64,000 nt of DNA, from contig JBNZDD010013717.1 of NCBI GenBank assembly GCA_050575255.1, positions 1,609,245-1,673,244 on the forward strand, written 5' to 3'. The notes beneath the pieces were generated by a model. It had not been told where the DNA came from, searched no databases, and was given only the letters and a program-made list of their open reading frames with translations. The stretch's first letter is position 1. Every line of letters starts with the position of its first letter. The stretch is from Harriotta raleighana. Its lineage: Eukaryota. This document shows, one piece after another, positions 1-13,000 of this stretch. A program made the position numbers and the translations under genes.

Positions 1-281
1 GTGCTGGAATGCCTTATTGGTAAGTATCCATACAATATTCTGTTATTATTTAGTCTATTATTAACATGGTATGTTTTAAAATAAGTTAATTTTTTAAGTT
101 GGGTTTTCGGCAACTTGCCGCCAGTTTATCCGGCATAGTTAATTAGTCGATCCCCCCACTACCCCACCTCCTCCACCCCCACTCCCCCACCCCCCACCAC
201 CACCCCCCTCACCCCACCGCCCCCCACCACCACTCCCCACCACCCGCTCGCCGAGGGTGCCGGATAAACAGGGTTTTACTG
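1..281 (+). mobile_element. Non-autonomous Tc1/mariner-superfamily (Tigger/pogo-like) MITE, right end; runs off the window start
   Basis: Ends in the TIR ccggataaacagggttttactg (281). Shares the AT-rich block aatattctgttattatttagtctattattaacatggtatg with the copies at 1978, 13001, 54292 and 63142. C-rich tract at ~153-246. Confidence 0.8.
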
Positions 282-1977
282 TTTCTGACATCCAACAGTG
301 ATTTTCAGCAGCCCATAATATGTAGGGTGAATCAAGGTTGACTTACCAGTTATTTAGCCAGTCCTCCCCATTGAAATAGTGGTCATCAATTAAAATATCA
401 CTTGCATTGTATGTCATCAGCTAACAACGTTTCCATCAGTACCACTAACTTTCACTGTTGAAAAAATCAAATAAATTATTTTGCTTTTTTTTAACCAGAT
501 GATTTGTTTAAGTAAACCTGATTCCACTTAGAGCTGGGTTCGTTAAGAAGGACATCATTTTTGTTTTTTTTAAAAACACAGAACGTATTTAAAACCATGC
601 ACTAAAAGCTGTGATTAAGTAATGCTTTATCAAAGACATAAGTTATTGTATTGAAAATTGAATTATGACTCCAACAAGATGCTAGAGTGCTTGAATATGT
701 AAAACATACATGCATTGAAACAAAGGAATGCATTTCATATTCTTTATTGCTGAAATCTAAGTTCAGGGTGAAGAATGTTGTTCAGGCCAGCTGTTTTCCT
801 TCTATTCAGTGTAGTTAAAGTTTTCATTCCAAAACATCTGTTAAAAAAATATCAGTAGAGTGTGCATTCTACTTAAACAGTACAAATGAGGTAAAAGGTA
901 ATAATTCACTTGGTGTTTGGCTCCCCTGTGTCTCATTGTCAGTTACTGTACATGTGTGCTGTATAATCAGTGTACTGCAAAACTACCATGCCAGTGAAAC
1001 AGATACTTGAGAGGACAAGCTGAGTTTGTTATGGGAGAGTCAGTATTGATTTCCCCAGAATCTAAGTTAGTACTGCAGCAGTATAAATGGTGAATATCTC
1101 TTATACAGATTATATCTCTTGTAGAAATGGCATTTACTTCCCCATGTGAAATCCTTGCTGCTATAATACAGCATTTGTGCAAGGGATATACATACCAAAG
1201 TACATAGTGGTAAAATAAAATAAAACAAAACAAAAGTGAAAGCTTCTATTGGATCCTAGTTATGAATTGCTGATTTCTGCAGTTTATATGCACGAAAATA
1301 AGTAGGCAAGCAAAATAATATAGCACAAGTTTTGGGGATTCCATGAACTTTTTAACTCTTCCCCCTGGTTTTACTGGCAGTATGGAGCCATTAAAAACAC
1401 ACTGGGTCTAACTTGCAGCTATAAAAAATAGATGAGAAGAAAATAGGGAGCTGCGTCTGGTTACTGGCAGGATTTTCTAGGACTTAGAGTAACAGACAAG
1501 TCACTTGGGACCAGGGATTTGACCACTTGCTTCCCGGTAATCCTACAAGCCAGAGCACGAATAGGAAAGGTGGTCCTGGTTGGGTAAACAGCAAGCAACT
1601 TGCCAGTCAATGTTCACAAAGATAAGCTGTGCAGTTTTATCTGGTTAAACTCCAGCAGTAGCTCATTGTCCAACTGCCCAAAATACAAATTATGCCTCAA
1701 TTACTTACTCAGCTTTACAGTTCAATATTAAATACATTCTGCTGCAAATGAGACAACATTATCAACATCTGGAAATTCAATCCCTTACATGCACTGTGGA
1801 TAACCTCAGTAATCTTCACTACTGGACCATCATTTTGTCTTTTGTGTGAGATTATCAATTTAATGCCAATTTGTGCTGATCTGTATGTGGGTCTGCGCTG
1901 CAGATGTGCCCTCACTAGGAACTTTGATGGAAGTTATTCCATGTGAGAAGATTCTTGTCTTATCAGAAAGAGATATA

Positions 1978-2402
1978 CAGTAAAATCTCGTTTATCACGC
2001 TCGGGCGGGGGGCGGGGGGGTGGGGGTTGACTAATTGACTATGATGGGAGTGTGGGGGGTGGGGGAGGTGGGGGTCGACTAATTGACTATGCCGGATAAA
2101 CGGGCTGCAAGTTGTTGAAAACCCAACATAAAAAATTAACTTATTTTAAAACATACCATGTTAATAATAGACTAAATAGTAACAGAATATTGTATGGGTA
2201 CTTACCAATAAAGCATTCCAGAACACTCGGTAAAACAGCATTTTTTACCAATCGGTAAAAAGCCCAAATTCGTAAGTTTAATAAGTGCGCACGCGCACGC
2301 ATGCACAAAGTGAGCAAACTCGCGATTACTAGAATGGGGAATTGCCCCGGGAAGTGGTCGAGCAATTGGTTGATCGGGTCACGGATAAATGAGGTTTTAC
2401 TG
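1978..2402 (-). mobile_element. Complete Tigger/pogo-like MITE (425 bp)
   Basis: ta|cagtaaaatctcgtttatc ... ggataaatgaggttttactg|ta gives TIRs plus a TA target-site duplication. Part of the interior is the reverse complement of the element at 1-281. Confidence 0.85.
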
Positions 2403-2658
2403 TAGTTGGAGCTCAATAGAATATAAATTAGCATTTTTAATATTTCGAGTNCGGTAAAAAGCCCAAATTCGTAAGTTTAATAAGTGCGCACGCGCACGCA
2501 TTGCACACATGCACAAAGTGAGCAAACTCGCGATTACTAGAATGGGGAATTGCCCCGGGAAGTGGTCGAGCAATTGGTTGATCGGGTCACGGATAAATGA
2601 GGTTTTACTGTAGTTGGAGCTCAATAGAATATAAATTAGCATTTTTAATATTTCGAGT
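2253..2658. repeat. Tandem duplication (198/207 bp) joined by a single N at 2451; probable assembly artifact
   Basis: 2253-2450 is repeated at 2452-2658 with a 9-bp indel. Confidence 0.85.
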
Positions 2659-2740
2659 CCGAAACGTTGACTCGCTTTCCTTTCTCCATGGATGCTGCCT
2701 GATCTGCCGAGTTTCCCCAGCAACTTCTGTTTTATTTTAG
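2651..2740 (+). mobile_element. Penelope-like element terminal-repeat fragment (3' half of a hammerhead-like motif)
   Basis: ccgaaacgttgactcg...ctccatggatgctgcctgatctgccgagtttccccagcaacttctgtttt matches the recalled shark Penelope terminal repeat. The CTGATGA half is absent. Confidence 0.65.
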
Positions 2741-4679
2741 CATTTTATAGTGCCTTTCACATTAGGAGAATGTCCTAAAATGCTTAGCAATCCGAGTTGG
2801 AATGGGAGCTAAGAAAGTTTGGGAGGGAAAAGATGAGCAAAAGTGTGGTCAAAGAGATATGTCATGTGTTCAGGACAAGCAGCTGGCTTTCTGCTTTGTC
2901 TAAAATTGCTTAGAAGTTTGGAGGATGTCTCAAAGCTTATGTGTAAATAACTGTGTAGTTTGTAGGCAAACTTACCATTAAGATGTTATCTATATTTAGC
3001 ACTGGAAACAATAAATGGTATAGGAACAAACATTTATTGAAATAAGTGTAATACTACTCACAAATGAAAAGAAACACGCATTCAAGATTGCTGTTCACAA
3101 TCAATCTACACAACACGGAAAAAAGTGTCCCTTTATTATGCTGTTAGTAATACCACCATTTCAGAAGAGAAGTTTCTGTTGCTGCCAACAATTTCACTCA
3201 TTATCAACACAACAAAAAGTTAAAATAATTTGTGATTAAATGAAAAGTAACAGTTGTGTAAAATGATAAAGTTCACATAATTTACAGTAGAAATATATCT
3301 AAGGCTCTGTATAGGTTGAGAACTGGTGCTGTAATCTCTGCCCAGGTTGATAGGATTTGATCAGTTTATATTATAGGGCAGCAGTCATTTAGTTTGAGGA
3401 TAGATGCCGACTTCCAAAGGAGAAAATAACAGGTACTTGGATAACTGGTAAAGGAATGCATTGGGCATTAAGGGGAGGAATTGACACTGCGCATTTATAC
3501 TGATGTGGTTCCATGTCAGCACTGGCTTCAGAGATAGCCTGAAGTGACTCTAATATAGGCTGGTGCTAATTCAAAATTGCTTATTTACTGAGTTTGTGCT
3601 GACAATAAGAGATCAGATTTCGGGCAATATTTAACTTCTACATTCCACGATTAATGGAATAAATTGACAACGTCCCTTAAAACTGGAGTCGAGTCAGTCA
3701 ACTCTTTCAAAATTGGTTAGATAAAGGTCTGATTGGGAATGGAAAGGGACTGGAGCGTACAGGGATGAATTGAGACTGAGATAAACTTCATATGACTTAT
3801 AGCTTCATGCCTTGTCTTCTCACAGTTCATCTGGCATCTGTGTTGTGTCAAGCGAATTAAGGTTCAAATCGAACAGAAGGAACAGATGGGAGTGGAGGTG
3901 GATCTTAAGTGTATGTTAATCACATCAATGTTATCACCTTTAAGGGAAATGCGGTAGCAACGACTTGTTTATTGTGTGGGTGGAAGTATTCCTCAGCATG
4001 GAGGAACAGCATGGGTACAGAAAAAGGAATTTTGCTTCTGTTTATACTGTATTTTGCTGGCCTGCAAACATTTCTTCTCTTTCATTCCAAGGACCAAGAT
4101 AAACATGTCATCATTTTACACAACATATGTGTCCTGAAATATTTATCTAATGAAAATGGATCAGTTGATAAAATTGGGAGCTCCTCTTATTTTCTTAGAC
4201 AGCACAGAAACACATAGCTCAAGTAGTGAAAACAGGCATCTAGCCATTGAGAAACAATTCCAGTGCGAGGATTTCGTTAAAGAGTGCTCTGAATACATTT
4301 TTTCCATTTAGGCATGATTGTTGCATTAATTTTTCTATTTTCTGTTCTTTTGACAAATGGTCTATTGCACTTGGCAGGATTTGAATATCCTTTAGCTAAG
4401 CTAAACTAAGTTACAGCCACGGGTTCTTATTTAGCAATTTGAGTCTCAATAAATCTGAAATCAAAACATAATTTCGATTCAGTGAATTTAAAATCTGGAG
4501 TGCAATAAATAGTGTAATGCCACTAACAGTAACAACATTCTTTTATATAATGCCTTTCACATAGAATGAATATTTTGAAGCTCTTAACTAATATGGGATT
4601 CAGAGAATGGGAAAATTAAGGATGTTAAACAAAAATACAGTCAAATATTACCTATGCATGATCTACTCTCATACTTCTA

Positions 4680-5464
4680 CAGTAAAACCTTGTTTATCCA
4701 TGACTCGACGAACCGGAAAACCTGTTCAATCGCTATCTTAAAAAAAAGTCCCGATTTGANGAACTGGAAGTTATCCAGCAGAATAGTAAAGACACATTTA
4801 ATGAATGGATTCCCGCATGCGAGTACTGCTGCACTTATATCGGCAGCCGCTAGTTAAGNCTAAAGTCGCGCTACTGATGTTTTTTTCAAAACTCGCGATA
4901 CTACCGTTTTTTTTAAAAAATGCAGTTTTCCCGATTTTTTTTTTCCTCCTTTGGTNTCGCGCTACTGACATTTTTTTCAAAACTCGCGATACTACCGTTT
5001 TTTTTTTAAAAATGCAGTTTTCCCGATTGTTTTTTTTCCTCCTTTGGCGGCCATTGTAGAAGTTAAGTATAGATTAGAAAGTACTAATACAATATTCTGG
5101 TAGTATAGTATCTGTTATTAGTGTATTTAGTCTATTATTTATATAGTATTGTTCAACATTTACATGTGAATGTGTGTGTGTGTATGTATGTGTGTGTGTA
5201 CTCTCACTCTATCTCTGCGAGTCAATTCAAAATATCTCGCAAGAAGACTTCACAGTAATCGACTGTGCCTTCCTCTCGCTGAGCGTTAGTGGCCTGTGGA
5301 CGGCAGCTCCCTGTGTTTGCACAGGGTGGGAGCTGGTAATCTGTTATTACTGTGTTAAAATAATTTTTAATTTAAAAAAAAATGTTTTAAATCCATTTAA
5401 CCAGAAAACCGTTTAAACACCACTGGCCAGGTCCCTTGGGTGCCAGATAAGTGAGGTTTTACTG
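4680..5464 (+). mobile_element. Complete Tigger/pogo-like MITE, subfamily B
   Basis: ta|cagtaaaaccttgtttatcc ... gataagtgaggttttactg|ta. CpG-rich interior and a (TG)n tract. Internal N-joined duplication at 4866-5048. Confidence 0.85.
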
Positions 5465-5899
5465 TATTAAGACTTATATTTAAAAGTTTATGTACCTGTA
5501 GTTAACACATATGCTTTTGAAATCTGTTGGTTAAATTCTTAGTTATCAAAATTTAATACACATTATTTAATTCAGCACCTTGGGATATCCCCCAATATAA
5601 AAGGCACTCTATAGATGTAATTTTGTTGTTGTTAATAAATAATATTTTTTGCATTTGATGCAGTGCCTTATCACATCATCAAGACACTTAAAACAGTATA
5701 TATCCTGAAGTGTAACTTTCAAAAGGGAATTAGATAGATACTTGAAAATAAAAACTTTGCAAATACAGTATATGTGGAAAGAAAGGGGGCGTGGGACTGA
5801 TTGGGTAGCTTTTTGAAAGAGGCAGCACAGGTTTGATGGGCTGGATGGTCTCCTTCAGTGCTGTAATATTCTATGATTCTAAAGCTTTCATTGCAATAT

Positions 5900-6060
5900 A
5901 ATAAGGGGCATCTGAATTGATATCTGGAAATGGGTACCATAGATATGGTGAAAGGATAAGTTACAGAACATGGTGATGTTTACACACTAGAGAACAGTGT
6001 TCGAGGGGATCTTTCTGAAATATTCAAAACCAAAAAGAGTACCAATGAACTGAATTCTAA
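5900..6060 (+). mobile_element. Old CR1 LINE fragment (RT C-terminal region)
   Basis: ctagagaacagtgttcgaggggatctttctgaaatattcaaa resembles the CR1 'LEKRRLRGDLIEVFK' coding segment. Confidence 0.45.
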
Positions 6061-6494
6061 AACCCACATTATGATGCCTTGGTTTTGGGCTCACATAATC
6101 AGACCCTTGTTAAAATGGTCATGTTCAAAATTGATCTTTGGTTGGCATTCCTGCATTGTCGAGTCATTGCTGACATCACTTACTATGTGTACTGCACATG
6201 TTGATCTATGGTAAATGTAGCTGGCATTACTTTCTTGGTACTGCATATGCACATTATATGCAGGATGATGGAAATTCAATGCTGGAAGCTGGAAGTGGAT
6301 TGTACTTCTCATACAGTCTTGTTCTTTTTAAGTCCATGCTAGGTATATATGAACTAGCATGTTATAATGAGGTCTAACTGCAATAAGTTTAATATGGTCA
6401 AAAATTCTACAATGAAAGCACACCAGAACTCAAAAGGAATGTGACAGTCAGCTTGGATTTAATTCTATTTAATAGGCAGTGGTGAATAGAACGA

Positions 6495-6645
6495 TAATAA
6501 TAATCTTTGCATTTGAGGAAGAGCTTTTCACGTCTTCCAGGCGGTTCAAAGCGCTTCACAGAATATACTGTAAAGTGAATTGACAGTGTATATGTGGGCA
6601 AAACACGGCAGCCAATTGTGCACAGAAGTATCCCACAAACAATCT
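6495..6645 (-). mobile_element. Deu-domain SINE 3' fragment
   Basis: Reverse complement of ctgtgcacaattggctgcc...ttcactttacagtatattctgtgaagcgcttt...tgcaaagattattatt. Confidence 0.75.
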
Positions 6646-7049
6646 CATGTTTTAAACAAACATTCCAGAATTTGCAGATCACAGATTAGCAGAAGCTAAA
6701 TTGAGAGGAACTGAAACTTTCACATTTTCATTGTTCTGAAGAACTGAGCAAAACAAAGCAGAAGAGCAAATAACCCCATTTTAACCCTCAAATTGCTCAT
6801 CTCATGTGCATAAACACGTGAATGGGTTCCAACTCACATTCCAAAATAAAACTGAGGAAGTGCAGTGTAATGGTGTAACATTGGGATTTGCACCAAAGTG
6901 ATAAGATATAGGTTTCAGTGCACGATTCTAGATCATCTCACAGTTTCTCTTTAGCCACAGAGGGAAGTGGATAGTTAAGGTATTCCCCTGAGAGGAAACT
7001 AAGGGGAATGAAAAGTGGAGCACGGGTCACTTGTGGATATCCCACACCA

Positions 7050-7440
7050 GCACATGGGAAAACAAGAACAAGAAGAAGTCACCCAGTCTAACAAGACCAT
7101 TTTATCAGTCAATAAATCAGTTTGGCAGATCTTGTAATCGCCTATCACACCCTTTTCGCCACACCAGTTGATACTCTTATTTTCAAGTATCATTTAAACA
7201 TCTCAATTGATTTTGATTTGTGGACACTGCAGTGAAGAAATATTTTTGGATCTTCCTTCAAACTGACCTCACACTCTAGCTCCAACAACTGTAAATTGAT
7301 ATCCTTCTGTTTTAGATTTCATTACCAGAGGGAAGAGTTGCACACTATCCAGCTTGTCATTTCCCTCCATTATTTTAAACAATAATGAGTTCACTCGGTT
7401 TATCGAGGCTCACATCATAAGTCTCTTCATCTTAGACATT
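7050..7440 (-). mobile_element. Old CR1 LINE 3' end
   Basis: Degenerate minus-strand CR1-type tail and upstream segment (aagaagtcacccagtc...ccagagggaagagt). Confidence 0.4.
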
Positions 7441-8319
7441 GAACTAATAGTTAATAAAAGTCTCCCCTCCTCTACAACTTTTTAAAAAAACTAAACTACC
7501 TTATTGTCTCTCTCTCAGCCATCAAAGAATTCTACTAAAATATACCTGTTCAACCATACCTTTGCTGAATATATTTAACTCTTTTATTTCCCTACTCAGT
7601 TTCCATCTATCACTTTATCTGTTAAGCACTAAAATGTGAGATGTTCTTTTGTGAGGTATGGGGTGTACTATAAATATAAATTACTGCCCTGTCAACCAAA
7701 GAAAGACATAGAGGATAGGTCATAGCCAAAATAAATTGAGAAGAAAAAAAAGTTGCATTTTTTTAAAGATGGAGTCTATGTTTTTATTACACATCAAAAG
7801 CATATTGGGCATTAACGAAAATCACATCTGATGTCTCAGAACTGAATATCAGTCCTCCCACACACCTTCAGAGAAGACAAACAGTATAAGCAAGACTTTA
7901 TTTCAGATTTTGGCAACAAGCATCTGGTTTACCTAGATTCATGCACAGAGGATGACTGACTCATAAGCATTTTCTCCTGTTGCTTTGAATAAGAAATTGA
8001 GGAAAAGTAAGAAAACATCCATTCTATATTCCATATAGATTATGTGCTTGTAGTTTCTAAGTGTCGCTTCCTTTAGACAATCATTGTTTGTTCTTGCCCA
8101 ATAAAGTCTTGAGCTTGCACAGCACACTATATGAGATTGCTTTGGAGACATGATTAGAACATATTTTGCCAGTGTTAACTCTATTTTTCCAAAACATCTC
8201 TCTCTCATGTATTCATCTTATTTTTTCTTCTAAGATATAGTTTACAGGTGCCCTTTGATGTTTGCCGAACCATGTGTAAGATATGACAGTGAGTGTTGCT
8301 GGACTATTCAAACATTAGA

Positions 8320-8590
8320 GACAGCACATCCAATCCAGATCATGCCTTCACCTGACATTTGTATGAGTGCACCTACCAGCAGGCTTCTCTAGATTGTGAG
8401 CAGGAATGGGGATCCTGGCTGTTTATCCCTTCCCTAATTCAGGGGCAATGGGGACAATTGTTGTATCCCATCTGCTGCTTTGGCTGAGATATGCTAACTC
8501 AATATGCACTGAGACTTGAATCTACGTTTATCTTGTCTCATCTGACTGTGTGCTGTACCAGATAGTTCCTTTATCCATTAACTCAATTGA
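8320..8590 (-). mobile_element. Ancient dispersed SINE-like repeat, family unassigned
   Basis: Similar degenerate blocks occur at ~11490-11730 and ~27570-27680 (caggaatggggatcctggctg / gaattgggagttctgact; ctgagat...ctaactc). Confidence 0.4.
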
Positions 8591-11500
8591 AGCTACATTT
8601 GGAGTTATGTTTATTTTTCAACAACAGATTCCCAATTACCAACAAAATAGAAATGTTGGTAGCTAGAACTCTCTCCCCAAACCCTCTCTCCAAAACCTGC
8701 AAAGGCCTCCTAAAAGCAATCTCAACCACTACTGTCTCTTCTCATCTTGTGTGATCCAACAGCATCTATAATGTTCTTTGAGACATTATCCTCCATGAAA
8801 GCAAGTTGTTGTTTTGTGACAGAGATAACTTGATTGGGTATTATTCGCATATGTAAGGAAGGTGATCCCATGTTTGCAGATGATATCATCAAGAGTTAGT
8901 TACTGCACTGGATTGTAAACCTAGACTGTGAGCTCAAAGCATGGGGATTGAACCCACAATCTGTTCAGCCAGAAGAAAGAGTGCTACCAACTAGAATCTA
9001 TCCAGCCATTCTCAACCCTCAACCCGATGATTCCAGGTTGAAACAAACAATTATCAGTCAGTGAAAGTGAGTGAAAATGGGGTAGCAAAAACAATAGATA
9101 GTGAGCAAACATTTCAATATCAGCCTTTCACTGGTTCTCTACTCTGTCTTTAGCCAATATATAGATTTTAATCACTGGTTTAAATGAACCCATATAACTT
9201 TATTTTATAACTCCTTGGGATAATACCCAAGGACACTGATTGATTTTTATCTGCATGTGTCTTACTTTCTAAACTATTAATTACAGTGTTAAGAAGATCA
9301 TGAAGTCAAACATTTTGAGAGGAGATAAACAGTGTCAGTTAAACATACAACGCAGTTATAACTAAAACTCCACAGATGCTATTTGGAAGCAACTGTGAAA
9401 ACAAATCTGATTTAGGAGTAAAAACAGTTTCATAACAGATGCCCAAACTGTGAATTTAACAAAAACACATATGATCTGGTATTGCCCCTTTTATTGTGAG
9501 CTAGTTAACAATGGTTTATATTCCAAATATTTATTCATCGAGGTGGGGCTACATTTGGCTTTAACCATCTTGAACTGCTAAAGAGGAGAGGAGTCAGCTA
9601 AAATTGCAATTAACAACAACAAATTGCATTTATATAGTGCCCTTCATGCAGGCTAGCATACAGGAGCAATTCTAATCATCCTTCTAACATGAAAGGCATT
9701 ATATAAATGCAATTTGTTGTGGTAATCAATATTGAATGATCCTTCAAGCTGAAAATCAAGTTAGCCTTCTAGATATTTACCCTGCAGTTAGGAGGCCATT
9801 CAGCTCATTGAGTCTACTCTCAAAAACACTTTTCTTCAACTGACACTGCCCTGCCCAATATTCCTGGAAACCTTAAACCTTGATATACCTGTCTACATGC
9901 CGTTAGCCATGAAAACTCCAGGGCTGTTTGTGAAACATTGCTTTGTGCAAATTGCCTGCAATGTTTTCCCACAAAATACATAGAATGACATTCCTTTACA
10001 GTGACATCTCGTGAGGCTTTGAGTCTTCTCAACTGCATGATAAGGTGCTATGTCACATGCAAAGATTATTATTACTGTATTATATTTTCATTGTGAACGC
10101 TTCAGTGCCTCCACTATCCTACTCAGCGGGGCATTCCACATCCACAGGTTTTTGTAGCAAAAGGATCGGCCTGGGGTGATGCCCATTTATTTCAAAGCCT
10201 GACAAAACTGATGGTTTTGGTTCACACATGAAGCATGGCAAATGGATAAGGTATCGAAGAGCTGCTGATACCCCTGCAATGGAAACCTTGGCAAACATCG
10301 ACAATTCGGAAAAGAAAGATGAGAAAAAGCTGGGAAATAAATGTACTCTGTAACCACTCTGTGCATGACTGCCATATCTTTCTGGTCATATGTTTGAACT
10401 CTGCGGGAAAGATTGATTAACACTAGCTGGAATTCAGTACAATCATATTGTCCAGCAATGCCATAGCTGTAGGTAGATTTTGAGCTGACAGCTGGTTGAA
10501 TTATATAAACATATAAAGTTTTGGTTCTGCATTTGCTGATGTCCAAATCAACTAAAAATCTTTCTGACTTGGGTGACTGAATGCTTTGAGCAGCAGACAA
10601 CCATTACACCCAAATGTAGAGTATGGCTTCAAGTCGGAGGGGCTGCATGTTAATGCAACACACCCTCCCATTTGAATCACTCCACAAGCCAGACTATTCA
10701 CAACAGCAGCAGGCAGGGAACAGTGATATTTGGCTTGGTAGGTCACGGGCCATTTTTTCTTCAATGAATAATCCTTATACTTGATATAGCTGCTTTCTCA
10801 ATGGAAATATTTTTCAAAAGATTAGGATTTATTGAGAAGTTAGTGACTGTATTTTGCAGGATAATATTATTTAAACAGTAGGTTGATACTAAATGCACAC
10901 CAAACCTGTTCATATTATAAAATATTTCTTAGAGTAAATAGAAGATTCAAACATTAGTCTCCTAACACCATTGTACACTTATAACCAAAGTATTTTTGTG
11001 TCTCTCGTGCTGAAGGAGGTCAGGTAGCATGAGAGACTGCAGTCTCAGTGGATTCTTGATTTTCCTGAAGAGATCAAGGAGGGGATGAACAATTAAACTG
11101 GCACTCCAGGGATGAGGGTAGGTTTCGAAGCTTTCACAGCTCCATCTGAAGGATAGGTAAGCTGGTACACCAGCTGTAAAGCTAGTTTTGTTGTCACTTC
11201 TGTGGGCCACTGGGAGAGTCGCAGCATTTCCATGAGGGAATCACACATATGTCATAATGAGTTGCAAAAGCTCCGGACAGGCACAATATTTAAATAGAGC
11301 CAAAGTCTCCTGTTTGGATGTTTTTCTCCCGTGTACCTGGTGTTGTGCCTCCACACATTCAGTGGCTGTGCTGCTAGAGCAATATTGATTACACCTGTCT
11401 GCTTACAGGTTATTCCTCTCCTTCACACTGGACATTTTTCACTTTTGAGTCCACACAACAAATACTAGAAGGAAATTCAATCCTGCTGAGCATCACAGCA

Positions 11501-12079
11501 GAGTCTAGTCCTAGCCTCAATTAATATCTACACAAGGACTGTTTCTGGAATGACTGGATAGTAATCTATAGAATTGGGAGTTCTGACTCACTGCCCTTGC
11601 TGGTCAGTAACCTCAGGTTAACCTCAGGTAAACTGCAGTGCTCTTTCAACTACCATCACTTAGTTGATGAGCACTGACCAGGAATTCAACCTGTGACCTT
11701 CTGATTTGAATGTCCCATTGATGTACCAATGCCTTCTAGGAATAGAAAGGCCATCATTTGTAATGTCACTTTACAATTAAGTCTGCTCCAAGCAGATGAA
11801 GTTCTCACTGCTATAATTAGCAGAATGGAATCCCTTTTAGAGTACTCTAATGTTACTGAGTTGTTACAAATAATTACATTACACTTCCTGATATATAAAC
11901 TTTACAGCACTATAATAGTGTGTTTTTTATTCAAACTTTCCCAGTTTTTATTTCTGATCCTATCTCTCACACCAGCTCAACTTTGTCTCCAAAAATTGCT
12001 TCTGCTCCAGCCTCTGCAATGTTTGGTGTGGCGTTCCTCAAGACTCAGTCCTCAGTCTTCTCCTTTTCAAACTGTATAT

Positions 12080-13000
12080 CCTCCCTCTTGCTTACATCAT
12101 CCGTAAACATGGGGGTCAACTTCCACATGCGGATGACCCACAACTCTATCTCTCTGCTTCCACCATCAACCCCAGGAGGATTGCTGTCTTGACAGACTGC
12201 AGGCCAGTCATCAAGTCCTGGATGAGAGCCAACTTTCTATACTTGAACATTAGCAAGACGAGGCACTGCTGATTGGATAGTACCAGCACCTCTACACCTC
12301 ACGCACTGAGCATTAGTATCCGAATATGCACACTCCATTTCACCAAGCCAGTCAGAAACTTGACGTCTTGGTTAACCCTCAACTGTGCTTTCTCCCCCAC
12401 ATCCATGCCATGACCTGCTCTACCTAACCCCAACTCTGCAACATTGCCTGCCTCTGCCACTACCTCACCCCTCAGATCACCAAAACCCTCATACATTTAT
12501 TCACTTGCTCACAAATATACAGGCAATTCACTTTATAGTATATTCTGTGAAGCGCTTTGAGACATCTAGAAGATGTGGAAAGTGCTATATCAAATGCAAA
12601 GGATTATTATATTATTATTCATTACACGTAGGCTCGACTATGCCAACATCCTGCTTGATGGCCTTCTCAACTCTTCCCTCAACAAGCTTCAGATCATCCA
12701 GAACTCTGCAGCCCGTGTCCCATCCCGCACTCGGCTCCATGTGCCCATCATACCCACCCTCATCTGGCTCCACTTGCTCTCCACCACTCCGAAGATCAAG
12801 TTCAAAATTCTAACACCTCACCCTTCATGGCCTTGCCACCTCCTACCTCTCCAACCTGCAAACTTCTTAACAACCTGTCCACTCCATCTGCTCAGCAGCC
12901 TCTGGCCTGCTCCATATATCCTACCTGGCCCACCGATCAGCAGGCAAGCCTTCAGCTTCTCTGCCCTTGCCCTATGGAAATCCTTCCACATTCCCTTTGC
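12080..13000 (+). mobile_element. Decayed L2 LINE (RT C-terminal half), interrupted by a SINE tail
   Basis: atgcggatgaccca is a (Y)ADDT remnant. ORF 12573-13109 contains ITRRLDYANILLDGL...KLQIIQNSAARV, typical of L2. Confidence 0.85.
12500..12618 (+). mobile_element. Deu/L2-tail SINE 3' fragment nested in L2
   Basis: cacaaatatacaggcaattcactttatagtatattctgtgaagcgctttgag...tgcaaaggattattatatt splits the L2 'KTLIH..F/ITRRLDY' segment. Confidence 0.8.

Noticed and set aside
2141-2723. Two similar ORFs suggesting tandem paralogues
   Set aside because: They lie in a MITE and an N-joined duplication.
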